In this document: positions 9,461 through 17,699 of the stretch, one piece after another
Position numbering within the stretch: the stretch's first letter is position 1
Layout: each line of letters starts with the position of its first letter
Assembly: GCF_022482905.1 (NCBI RefSeq)
Contig: NZ_JAKVOI010000001.1
Coordinates: 929,958-993,957, forward strand
Direction of reading: 5' to 3'
From: Clostridium sp.
Lineage (GTDB): Bacteria; Bacillota; Clostridia; Clostridiales; Clostridiaceae
DNA length: 64,000 nt
Position numbers and translations under genes: made by a program
The notes under the pieces: generated by a model
The model's input: only the letters and a program-made list of their open reading frames with translations
What the model was told of the DNA's origin: nothing
Databases searched by the model: none

Positions 9461-9512
9461 ATCTTTATACAATCTTTATACAGACTAATACAATTTTAAT
9501 CTCATCTTTATA
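9461..9512 (+). promoter_or_regulatory. tandem 11-bp direct repeat ATCTTTATACA x2 plus a third ATCTTTATA; candidate OmpR-family (KdpE-like) operator upstream of kimA
   Basis: ATCTTTATACA at 9461-9471 and 9472-9482 are perfect copies, giving TTTATA-N5-TTTATA. A third ATCTTTATA sits at 9504-9512. The same motif architecture occurs upstream of kdp at 44467-44531. Confidence 0.5.
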
Positions 9513-9567
9513 TTATAAGATGATAAAATAGGACTCAATTGAAATTTACTTTTTAGAGGTGTTGAAG

Positions 9568-11418
9568 ATGAGCTTGAAATTGGGAAAGTTTTTAGATGGA
9601 TTGACGGGAAAGAGCTTAAAGACCGAAGAATTAAAAAAGGAGAAATTCAGTGTATTCTGGGGACTTCCCATAATGTCCAGCGATGCTATTTCATCTGTTG
9701 CATATGCAGGTGAGGAAATACTTTGGATACTTGTTCCGGCAATTGGCCTGTTGTCTTATAAATATATGCTGTATGCATCCATGCTAATTGTATTTTTAAT
9801 GTTTATGCTTACGTTCTCTTATAGACAAACTATAGATGCCTACCCCTCAGGAGGGGGATCTTATGTCGTAGCCAAGGATAATCTTGGGACTACCGCAGGA
9901 CTAATAGCAGGTGCATCACTTACCATAGATTATATACTTACCGTGGCAGTAAGTGCTTCTGCCGGGACTGCAGCCATTACATCTGCAATACCTTTTTTGC
10001 TGCCTCATAAAGTCGGTATAACACTGGGACTCATAATTCTATTGGTAATTGGAAATTTGAGGGGAGTCAGGGAATCTTCAAAATTATTTGGAATTCCAAC
10101 CTATGTATTTATAATTTCCATATTATTTATGATTGTCTGGGGGATAATCAAAGTTCATTTTATGGGATATGAGCCTGTTCCGATCTACAGTATACCGGAG
10201 GTTTCGGGAAATATAACCCTGTTTCTTTTCTTAAAAGCTTTTTCAGGTGGATGTACGGCGTTAACGGGCATAGAAGCAGTGAGTAATGGTGTGCCGAATT
10301 TCAAGGAGCCTTCACAGAAACATGCTAAAATTGTATTGGGACTTTTAGCTCTTATTGTACTTCTGGTGTTTGGAGGTATTTCCTATCTGGCTACGCTTTA
10401 TCATGCTGTTCCGAATTCGGAGGTTACTGTAGTGGCACAGATTTCACAGCAGATATTCAACAAAACCATAATGTTTTATGTAGTTCAGGCAGCTACTGCT
10501 GTTGTATTGGTTTTAGCTGGCAATACAGCTTTTGCGGGGCTTCCGCTGCTTCTGGCATTTATGGCGGAGGACGGTTATGCACCAAGACAGCTTGCAAAAA
10601 GGGGGAAAAGACTCAATTATTCCAATGGAATTGTGATGTTGGGGCTTCTATCCTGCATACTGGTCATAATTTTTAAAGGGGATACACATTATCTGTTACC
10701 TCTTTATGCCGTAGGGGTATTTATATCGTTTACACTATCGCAGGCAGGTATGTTCAGAAGATGGATAAAAAATAGGGGCTCTGCATGGAGACATAAAGCG
10801 TTTATAAATGGGCTTGGTGCCCTTATGACTTTTATAACTGCGATTATCATAGGAGTCACAAAATTTGTTCATGGTGCATGGGTGGTGTTTATACTAATAC
10901 CTTTTATAGTTTATATTATGAGAAAGATAAATATGCATTATGTGGAAGCGGGCAGGCAATTAAAGCTTTCCATGGATGAAAAACCTAAAAAAATAGACTT
11001 TGCTTCACAAAAAAGATATGTAATAGTACCTATAGACACTCTCAATAAATCTTTTTTAAAGGCATTGAACTATGCCAGAACCATATCGGACAATATAATA
11101 ATATTTCATGTCTCCATAGACGACAATGTTACAGAAGAGCTTTTGGAAAATTGGCGTCGATATAATGTGGACATACCTATAATAGTAAGAAAATCCCCCT
11201 ATAGGAGCATAGTGGGGCCGTTGGTCAAATTTATAGAATCAGAAGAATATGCTGCAGGACCAAATGATACGGTAACGGTAGTCATGCCCCAGTTTGTAGT
11301 TACAAAATGGTGGGGGAATATACTTCATAACCAGACGGCGCTGTTTATCAAGACAATGCTTCTTAGAAGAAGGAATATAGCAATAGTTACTGTACCCTAT
11401 ATAATAGATGAAGGTTAA
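9568..11418 (+). CDS. kimA: KimA-type (YdaO family) K+/H+ symporter, APC superfamily
   Basis: Collinear similarity to my recollection of B. subtilis KimA: SSDAISSVAYAGEEIL, YPSGGGSYVVAK, DYILTVAVS, FLFLKAFSGGCTALTGIEAVSNGVP, LPLYAVGVFISFTLSQAGM, and the C-terminal cytosolic domain VVMPQF...HNQTALF. The ATG at 9568 is 8 nt after AGAGG. Confidence 0.8.
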   Translation: MSLKLGKFLDGLTGKSLKTEELKKEKFSVFWGLPIMSSDAISSVAYAGEEILWILVPAIGLLSYKYMLYASMLIVFLMFMLTFSYRQTIDAYPSGGGSYVVAKDNLGTTAGLIAGASLTIDYILTVAVSASAGTAAITSAIPFLLPHKVGITLGLIILLVIGNLRGVRESSKLFGIPTYVFIISILFMIVWGIIKVHFMGYEPVPIYSIPEVSGNITLFLFLKAFSGGCTALTGIEAVSNGVPNFKEPSQKHAKIVLGLLALIVLLVFGGISYLATLYHAVPNSEVTVVAQISQQIFNKTIMFYVVQAATAVVLVLAGNTAFAGLPLLLAFMAEDGYAPRQLAKRGKRLNYSNGIVMLGLLSCILVIIFKGDTHYLLPLYAVGVFISFTLSQAGMFRRWIKNRGSAWRHKAFINGLGALMTFITAIIIGVTKFVHGAWVVFILIPFIVYIMRKINMHYVEAGRQLKLSMDEKPKKIDFASQKRYVIVPIDTLNKSFLKALNYARTISDNIIIFHVSIDDNVTEELLENWRRYNVDIPIIVRKSPYRSIVGPLVKFIESEEYAAGPNDTVTVVMPQFVVTKWWGNILHNQTALFIKTMLLRRRNIAIVTVPYIIDEG

Positions 11419-11503
11419 TTGGTTAAATACAGTTAGAAAAAAATTCTCAAAGTCATACCCTCATGTCACAAAATTGATATGAGGGCCTGTAATTATGTTC
11501 TAG

Positions 11504-13483
11504 TTAGATTTTAAATTTTAGGATGACTTCATTGAGCTTCTGAGCCAGATCCGTTTGATCTTTGGCGGTTTTATCAACTTGTACCATTCCATGTGCTGCA
11601 TCATTTATAATATCTTGAATTTGCTTAGTACTTTCGGAGGATTTCTGTGCAATTTCAGCCATGCCGTTAATTGCTTTAGTCACCTCATTTGTTGTATTTT
11701 TTATTTCTTCTGTCATCGATGTAAGTTGTCTTAGAGAATCAGATGTAAATTGGGAGTCATTATAATATTTTCCTCCCGTGCTCATATAATTATCCAACTG
11801 GACATTTACATTTTGATCAATAAATTTTAAAATCTGAAGACTGGTATTTGAGAGGTTTTTAAATGCCTCCTGAACTTTTACTACAATATTTTGAATTGTG
11901 GAAACTGTTTCTGAAGATTGTTCAGCCAGAGTTCTCACTTCTTCAGCAACTACTGCAAATCCCTTGCCATGTTCTCCTGCTCTTGCAGATTCAATGGCTG
12001 CATTTAATGACAATAAATTTGTCTGCTCCGCAATATTTGCTATTATATCAGCCATTTCCCTTATTTTTAAAACAACTTTACCCTGATCTATAGCTTTCAG
12101 TATATTTGTTTCTTCGTTTTTATAGATGTCTTTACATTCGATTATTGCAGTTTGAGCATTTTCCTGGACTGAAAGAGCATTTTCCTTGGATTTAATTGCA
12201 TTCATATTTACATTCATTGCCTTATTTGATAATTGATTTATATTTGAATCTATTTCTTCTACAGAAGCGGTAACTTCCTCAGCAGAAGCTGTTGTTTCCT
12301 GGGAACCATTTACAATATCATTTATGGAATTGTTTATATCCTGAAATTGAGATGTCATTTCCTGGACAGTTGCAGAAAGTTCCTGACTGGAAGCACTCAT
12401 GTTTTCGGAATTGTCAATTATGGTCTTTACAAGGGATTTCACGTTCTCCTGGGCTGTATTGAGAGAAAAAGCCGTATCTGCAAATTCATCCTTTCTCCTT
12501 ATAATTATGGGAGTACTGAAATCACATTCAGATAATCTTTTGGCAAATTGTTGTATATGAGTTAAAGGTTCTGTTGCATATTTTGCGATAAATATACCAC
12601 ATATGACAGCTATTGCCGACATAACCAACAAAATTGTAAGAGCCGTTGTAACAGCAGCATTTAGACCTTGTGCATAATCACTCTTAGGACTTACGGCTAT
12701 AACTGTCCATCCCGTTTCCTGGGACTTATTGAATCCAGCTATTTTTGAGTCTTTTCCAGTTCCGTATTTAATATTTCCCCGCTTTTCATCTAGTATGGAT
12801 TGTCCAGAAGAAATTTCCGATTTTATATTTTTCATTACTTTGTCCTTGTTAGAATGTGCAATAATTGTCCCATCCGTTGAAATTAAAAGGGCATATCCAT
12901 TTTTACCTATTTTAGTTGCAGATAATTTGTTCCTCAATGTAGACAGATCAACATCAAACCCCAAAGCGCCTTTTTTGCCGTTATTAAGCTGAACTTTTTT
13001 AGCAATAGTTATGATAATTTTACCCGTGGAAACATCTTTATAAGGTGCAGTTATATATACTTTCCCATTGGCAGCTAAAGTATCTTTATACCACTGCCTG
13101 GATGTTGGATCATAACCTTTAGGTAATTTTACACTTTGAGGATATACTATCAATTGCTTGGTTTCATCCGCCAAATATGACTGCATTATATCCTTGTTAC
13201 TTTGGGTTATGCTTCCAAGTGAGTTTAATAGGGCATTTTTATCCTGCGAAAGTACAGCTTTATTTACCGATAGTGATTGTAAATCATGTTTCAATGATAG
13301 AATTTGTAGATCAACATATGAGACCTTTTCGTCCGATACCTGTTTTGTCAATTCCTTTGCATTGTCATTTATGATTTTAGATGCTATGGAAAAATAAAAA
13401 ACTGATAGTATGAGTACTGGTATTATAACTAGCAAGATTAAGATTCCTACTAATTTATGAAGTAATGATATTTTGCTGTTCAT
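11504..13483 (-). CDS. methyl-accepting chemotaxis protein (Cache-type sensor, HAMP)
   Basis: Signalling hairpin [39 protein letters not shown]-terminal TM, a periplasmic domain of about 260 aa, a second TM and HAMP. Confidence 0.9.
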   Translation of the reverse strand: MNSKISLLHKLVGILILLVIIPVLILSVFYFSIASKIINDNAKELTKQVSDEKVSYVDLQILSLKHDLQSLSVNKAVLSQDKNALLNSLGSITQSNKDIMQSYLADETKQLIVYPQSVKLPKGYDPTSRQWYKDTLAANGKVYITAPYKDVSTGKIIITIAKKVQLNNGKKGALGFDVDLSTLRNKLSATKIGKNGYALLISTDGTIIAHSNKDKVMKNIKSEISSGQSILDEKRGNIKYGTGKDSKIAGFNKSQETGWTVIAVSPKSDYAQGLNAAVTTALTILLVMSAIAVICGIFIAKYATEPLTHIQQFAKRLSECDFSTPIIIRRKDEFADTAFSLNTAQENVKSLVKTIIDNSENMSASSQELSATVQEMTSQFQDINNSINDIVNGSQETTASAEEVTASVEEIDSNINQLSNKAMNVNMNAIKSKENALSVQENAQTAIIECKDIYKNEETNILKAIDQGKVVLKIREMADIIANIAEQTNLLSLNAAIESARAGEHGKGFAVVAEEVRTLAEQSSETVSTIQNIVVKVQEAFKNLSNTSLQILKFIDQNVNVQLDNYMSTGGKYYNDSQFTSDSLRQLTSMTEEIKNTTNEVTKAINGMAEIAQKSSESTKQIQDIINDAAHGMVQVDKTAKDQTDLAQKLNEVILKFKI

Positions 13484-13731
13484 AACTTATCCTCCCTCCG
13501 CTGTGACTAAATTATTTATATATTATCATATTTTACCACTAAAATACATTAAACGACAAAAATATCTATTTATTTTTAAGTAGTGATATGAAAGGGCTAA
13601 AGTGGCATGAATAGTGTTAGTGAGAGTTTAGTGGAATTAGGATTTGGAATAAGCTTAAATAAAAGTGAAGTCACATAGAGATTGCTTCGGAGTGTGTTAA
13701 ATAAGATATTGTCAGAGAGTTACAGAATTGT

Positions 13732-14118
13732 TCAGTCGATGCCTTTATAGCATTTTTCACAGGGAAATCCATTTAGTATGCAGATATCCATATTACATTT
13801 TTTCGTTTTTTTAATATATCCTGTTCCCCATTTTATAATTTCAATCATTATAGGAATGAAACTTATACCAATTTCCGTCAAGGAGTATTCCACCTTAGGT
13901 GGTACCTCTCTATATACCTTTCTATTTACAAGTTTGTCTCGTTCAAGTTCTCTCAATTGTTGTGTGAGCACTCCTCTGGAAATGGTCGTCATCAATTTCT
14001 GAAGTTCATTAAAACGCATTGTCTTATTATGAAGAGCCCATAAAATTGGTAATTTCCATTTTCCCATTAATACGTTTTGAGCTAAAGATACAGGGCAAAA
14101 TTTAATTTTATCATTCAC
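13732..14118 (-). CDS. HxlR-family transcriptional regulator with a Cys-rich C-terminal tail
   Basis: FCPVSLAQNVLMGKWKLPILWAL...RFNELQ...LTQQLRELERDKLVNRKVY...PPKVEYSLT is the typical HxlR winged helix. Extra tail: CNMDICILNGFPCEKC. Confidence 0.85.
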   Translation of the reverse strand: MNDKIKFCPVSLAQNVLMGKWKLPILWALHNKTMRFNELQKLMTTISRGVLTQQLRELERDKLVNRKVYREVPPKVEYSLTEIGISFIPIMIEIIKWGTGYIKKTKKCNMDICILNGFPCEKCYKGID

Positions 14119-14249
14119 TTTAAATCCTTATCCTTTCACAATAGTCTATATTATATGACTATGTAATATAAATATGCGTACTTGTAATATAAAGCATATG
14201 CTTATATCATTATATTTGTAATAGATAAAAAAATCAAGGAGGAAAATAA

Positions 14250-14651
14250 ATGGATGAGATAATAAAACTTTTCAAGGAGAATGGATTTGGATTTTTAGCA
14301 ACTGTAGATAATGGGAAGCCTAGAGTAAGACCTTTTGGCTTCATGACCTGGGATGGAGGTAAACTTTATTTCTGCACCAACAGCACAAAAAAAGTTTATA
14401 AACAATTGATTGAATTGCCATATATTGAATATAGCACCACATCAAAGGACATGGTTACGGGAAGAATAAGCGGGAAGGTTGTATTTTCAGATGATAAAGA
14501 AAAAAAAGAACTGGTACTGAATTCATCGGAACTTGTAAAAAATATATATAAATCTTCAGATAATCCTATTTTTAAAATATTCTATATTGAACATGGTACG
14601 GCAACAATTTCAGATTTAACGGGAGAAAACTCTAAAGGAATAGAATTCTAG
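14250..14651 (+). CDS. pyridoxamine 5'-phosphate oxidase-like FMN-binding split-barrel protein
   Basis: 133 aa. GFLATVDNGKPRVRPFGF...GKLYFCTN pattern typical of PNPOx-like proteins. Divergent from the HxlR gene. Confidence 0.7.
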   Translation: MDEIIKLFKENGFGFLATVDNGKPRVRPFGFMTWDGGKLYFCTNSTKKVYKQLIELPYIEYSTTSKDMVTGRISGKVVFSDDKEKKELVLNSSELVKNIYKSSDNPIFKIFYIEHGTATISDLTGENSKGIEF

Positions 14652-14663
14652 TTCAAAAGTATA

Positions 14664-14720
14664 TTGACATGCAGAAAAAATAAATATAAAATACAAATAA
14701 ATAAATGTTTATTTATTTGT
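14664..14720 (+). promoter_or_regulatory. sigma-A-type promoter (TTGACA-17-TAAAAT) followed by a 13-bp-arm inverted repeat; candidate TetR operator
   Basis: TTGACA at 14664-14669 and TAAAAT at 14687-14692. Inverted repeat ACAAATAAATAAA-TG-TTTATTTATTTGT at 14693-14720. Confidence 0.5.
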
Positions 14721-14742
14721 ATTTTTTGGATGGTGATATTAA

Positions 14743-15318
14743 ATGGCTAGAATTGCGGACCCTAAAAAAATGGATAATATCAAGAAAGCGGTGATGGAGT
14801 GTATAATAGATTATGGCTATTCAGGGGTGTCAATTGCTTTAATTTGTAAAAAAGCAGGAGTTTCACCTGGATATTTATATAGATATTATAATAGCAAAGA
14901 AGAATTGGTACAGGAATTGGTAGATTTGGAAATGGGTGTAATAGTCAATAACTTTATATCAGATATTGAATCTTCTGATACCTTGTACGAAGTTGGATAT
15001 AAGACGATAAAGAAATTGTTTATGAATGCAAACAGGAAACCTATGCTGGCAAAATTTGATGCCTCAGTTGTGATGGACCTAAAAATACTGACGGAAGAAA
15101 AATTTAATAATATCTTGAATTTGGCAAAGAAATGTATTGATTTAGGGAAAAAGACAGGTGAAATTAATTCTGATGTAACTGCTGCAGAGGTATTGGTCGT
15201 GTCTTTTACAATCCCATTTAGGTATTTATCATTTTCGCTGGAATTGGAAAATAATAAAAAATTTACAGAAGAAGAAGCTAGGAGAATAGCAAAAATATGT
15301 ATTAATGCGTTAAAGTAA
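14743..15318 (+). CDS. TetR/AcrR-family transcriptional regulator
   Basis: TetR_N HTH: YSGVSIALICKKAGVSPGYLYRYYNSKEELV. Confidence 0.9.
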   Translation: MARIADPKKMDNIKKAVMECIIDYGYSGVSIALICKKAGVSPGYLYRYYNSKEELVQELVDLEMGVIVNNFISDIESSDTLYEVGYKTIKKLFMNANRKPMLAKFDASVVMDLKILTEEKFNNILNLAKKCIDLGKKTGEINSDVTAAEVLVVSFTIPFRYLSFSLELENNKKFTEEEARRIAKICINALK

Positions 15319-15338
15319 TTTTTTTTGCTCAATTAATG

Positions 15339-15355
15339 AATAAATGTTTATTTAT
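15339..15355 (+). promoter_or_regulatory. second copy of the 17-nt core AATAAATGTTTATTTAT between the tetR and MMPL genes
   Basis: Identical 17-mer to the core of the 14693-14720 inverted repeat, read directly. Confidence 0.4.
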
Positions 15356-15452
15356 CAATAGTTAAGTAGGACCAGAGTGCTGTTCATACATATGATCTGA
15401 TTGTATATTTTATTTGGAAAAATAGACGCATAAGAAATGGAGAGAAGCTTTG

Positions 15453-17699
15453 ATGAGAAATGGAATAAAAATTAAACCACTCGACTTAGTAATTAATTTT
15501 ATTGTAAATAAAAGTAAATACATTGAAGTATTTTTTGCAGTTATGGTCCTAATCAGCATGTTTTTATACCTATTTGTGAGGGTTAATTATGATCTCACCA
15601 AATACTTGCCGGATACGGCTGCATCCAAGGCTGGCCTGAATCTTATGGAAAAAGAATTTGGTTATCCAGGCACTGCACGTATTATGATAAAAGATGTATC
15701 ACTGTATCAAGCAAAGCTGTATAAGGAAGAGATAGCGGCAGTAGATGGCGTGGATACGGTTTTCTGGGCGGATACGACAGATGATATTAAAAAATATACT
15801 GATGTATATACGTCCGATACCTTTATAAAAGCTGAAGACATACAGGATTATTACAAGGACAACTGTGCGGTGATGGATATTTCTTTTATTGAAGGTGATT
15901 CTGACACAAGGACATCGAAAGCATTGGACAAGATTCAGAAAATAGTAGGAAACAAGGGGAGGTTTACGGGCCCGGCTGTTCAAAATAAATCCTTGAATGA
16001 GAGCCTGAACAGGGAAATGAAGAGTGCTACAGTAATTGTTGTCATTGTTGTGGCATCGGTACTGCTTCTGACAACAACATCGTGGCTGGAGCCGCTGTTG
16101 TTTCTCCTGGTCATGGGAATCGCCATTGTGATCAATATGGGAACAAACGTGTTTCTGGGGAATATATCATTCATGACGGCAAGTGTGGCTCCCGTCCTTC
16201 AAATGGCTGTTGCAATGGACTACTCCATTTTCTTGATGCACGCTTTTACCAGAGAGAAAGATGCTGGAAAAGAGCCCAAAGAAGCTATTAGAATTGCCAT
16301 ACGCCAATCTTCCTCTTCAATTATTGCATGTGGCATGGCAACCATTATCGGCTTCCTGGCGCTGACAGTAATGAAGTTTTCCATAGGCTATGATCTTGGG
16401 ATTGTTCTGGCAAAAGGAATTTTTATCAGTCTGCTGACGGTTTTGTTTTTGATGCCATCCATGATTATCCGGAGCCAAAAGATGATTCAGAAAACTGCAC
16501 ACCGCAAGCTGGTAAAACTGCCTAAAAATCTGGCCAAAAGTATTTTCAAGGTCAAATATGTGGCACTGGGGCTTGCAATATTTTTGGCAGTGCCATGCTT
16601 TATTGCAAAAGACATGAACAGTTTTCTTTTCGGAAATTCGGCGGTGGGTGCAGGAGAGGGAACTCAGGTTTATAAAGACGAGCAGGAGATTGACAGGATT
16701 TTTGGAAGAAGCAATATGCTTATGGCTCTGGTACCGAATGATTCCATTATCAAGGAGAAGCAGCTGTCCGATGAACTGGGAAAACTGAGTTATGTTAAAA
16801 AGGTAACCTCGCTGGAAAATACACTGCCGGATGGTATACCGGAAACTATCATTCCCAAACAAATAACCAAGCAGTTTCACTCTGAACAATATGCCAGAAT
16901 ACTAGTTTACATAAGGACACGTGAGGAAAGCCACGCTGCATTTCAGTATTCTGATGAAATCAAGTCCATAGTTAAAAAGTATTATCCACAGAGTTCATCA
17001 CTGGTTGGAGCTACACCTTTTACGCAGGATATTAAAACCATTATCACCAGGGATTACACTTTTGTGGACAAACTTTCTCTATTGGGAGTTATAATTGTAG
17101 CGATAATTGTATTTCGCTCATTCCTGATTCCAGTCCTTATTGTAGTACCCATCGAGATAGCCATCTTTTTAAATATGGCAGTACCTTATTTCGTTGGACA
17201 AGATATGATTTTTATGGGTTATATTATTGTCAGCTGCATCCAGCTGGCTGCGACTGTGGACTATGCAATATTGATGACAAACTACTATCTGGAATACCGA
17301 ATGCGGTTGGATAAAAAGAAAGCCATTCTGGAAATGATCTGGGCTGCAGTTCCACCTATTATGAATTCAGGAATTATTCTGTCCTTTGCGGGATATACAC
17401 TTTACTTTACTTCCAGTATTGCGGCCATTGGTGCTATGGGACGTCTTATCGGGCGTGGTGCGCTGCTGAGTATTGCAATGGTAGTTGTATTGCTGCCGGC
17501 ATTACTGTATATTTTTGATTCACAAATCTACAGGCATATTTTGAGGATGAATCGTATGAAAGATAAAATCAGGAAAAAACTCGAGGATAAGCTTCGGCTT
17601 GTTGGAATGTTATCAGAAACATTGAAGAAGAAAACACATTACAAAGGCAATAGTGATGAATCTGTTGAAAGTTTGGAGGGATTGAAGGATGAAAATTAG
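15453..17699 (+). CDS. MMPL-family (RND superfamily) membrane transporter
   Basis: About 750 aa with two blocks of roughly 5-6 TM helices, each preceded by a large extracytoplasmic loop. Typical MMPL segments: VAPVLQMAVAMDYSIFLMHAF and CIQLAATVDYAILMTNYY. The ATG at 15453 follows GGAGAG. Confidence 0.8.
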   Translation: MRNGIKIKPLDLVINFIVNKSKYIEVFFAVMVLISMFLYLFVRVNYDLTKYLPDTAASKAGLNLMEKEFGYPGTARIMIKDVSLYQAKLYKEEIAAVDGVDTVFWADTTDDIKKYTDVYTSDTFIKAEDIQDYYKDNCAVMDISFIEGDSDTRTSKALDKIQKIVGNKGRFTGPAVQNKSLNESLNREMKSATVIVVIVVASVLLLTTTSWLEPLLFLLVMGIAIVINMGTNVFLGNISFMTASVAPVLQMAVAMDYSIFLMHAFTREKDAGKEPKEAIRIAIRQSSSSIIACGMATIIGFLALTVMKFSIGYDLGIVLAKGIFISLLTVLFLMPSMIIRSQKMIQKTAHRKLVKLPKNLAKSIFKVKYVALGLAIFLAVPCFIAKDMNSFLFGNSAVGAGEGTQVYKDEQEIDRIFGRSNMLMALVPNDSIIKEKQLSDELGKLSYVKKVTSLENTLPDGIPETIIPKQITKQFHSEQYARILVYIRTREESHAAFQYSDEIKSIVKKYYPQSSSLVGATPFTQDIKTIITRDYTFVDKLSLLGVIIVAIIVFRSFLIPVLIVVPIEIAIFLNMAVPYFVGQDMIFMGYIIVSCIQLAATVDYAILMTNYYLEYRMRLDKKKAILEMIWAAVPPIMNSGIILSFAGYTLYFTSSIAAIGAMGRLIGRGALLSIAMVVVLLPALLYIFDSQIYRHILRMNRMKDKIRKKLEDKLRLVGMLSETLKKKTHYKGNSDESVESLEGLKDEN

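Noticed and set aside
9456-9567. A c-di-AMP (ydaO/kimA-type) riboswitch, expected upstream of a KimA homologue
   Set aside because: The intergenic region is only about 110 nt and extremely AT-rich. It shows none of the G/C-rich conserved helices or the pseudo-two-fold pattern of the ydaO motif. It contains direct DNA repeats instead.
16317-16889. Long antisense or off-frame ORFs inside large genes. Examples: 16317-16889, 19212-19799, 34705-35271, 36039-36560, 39558-39956, 46692-47195, 8206-8766, 49821-50324 and 55383-55853.
   Set aside because: They are shadow ORFs. They sit entirely within well-supported genes on the other strand or frame, have low-complexity translations and lack an RBS.
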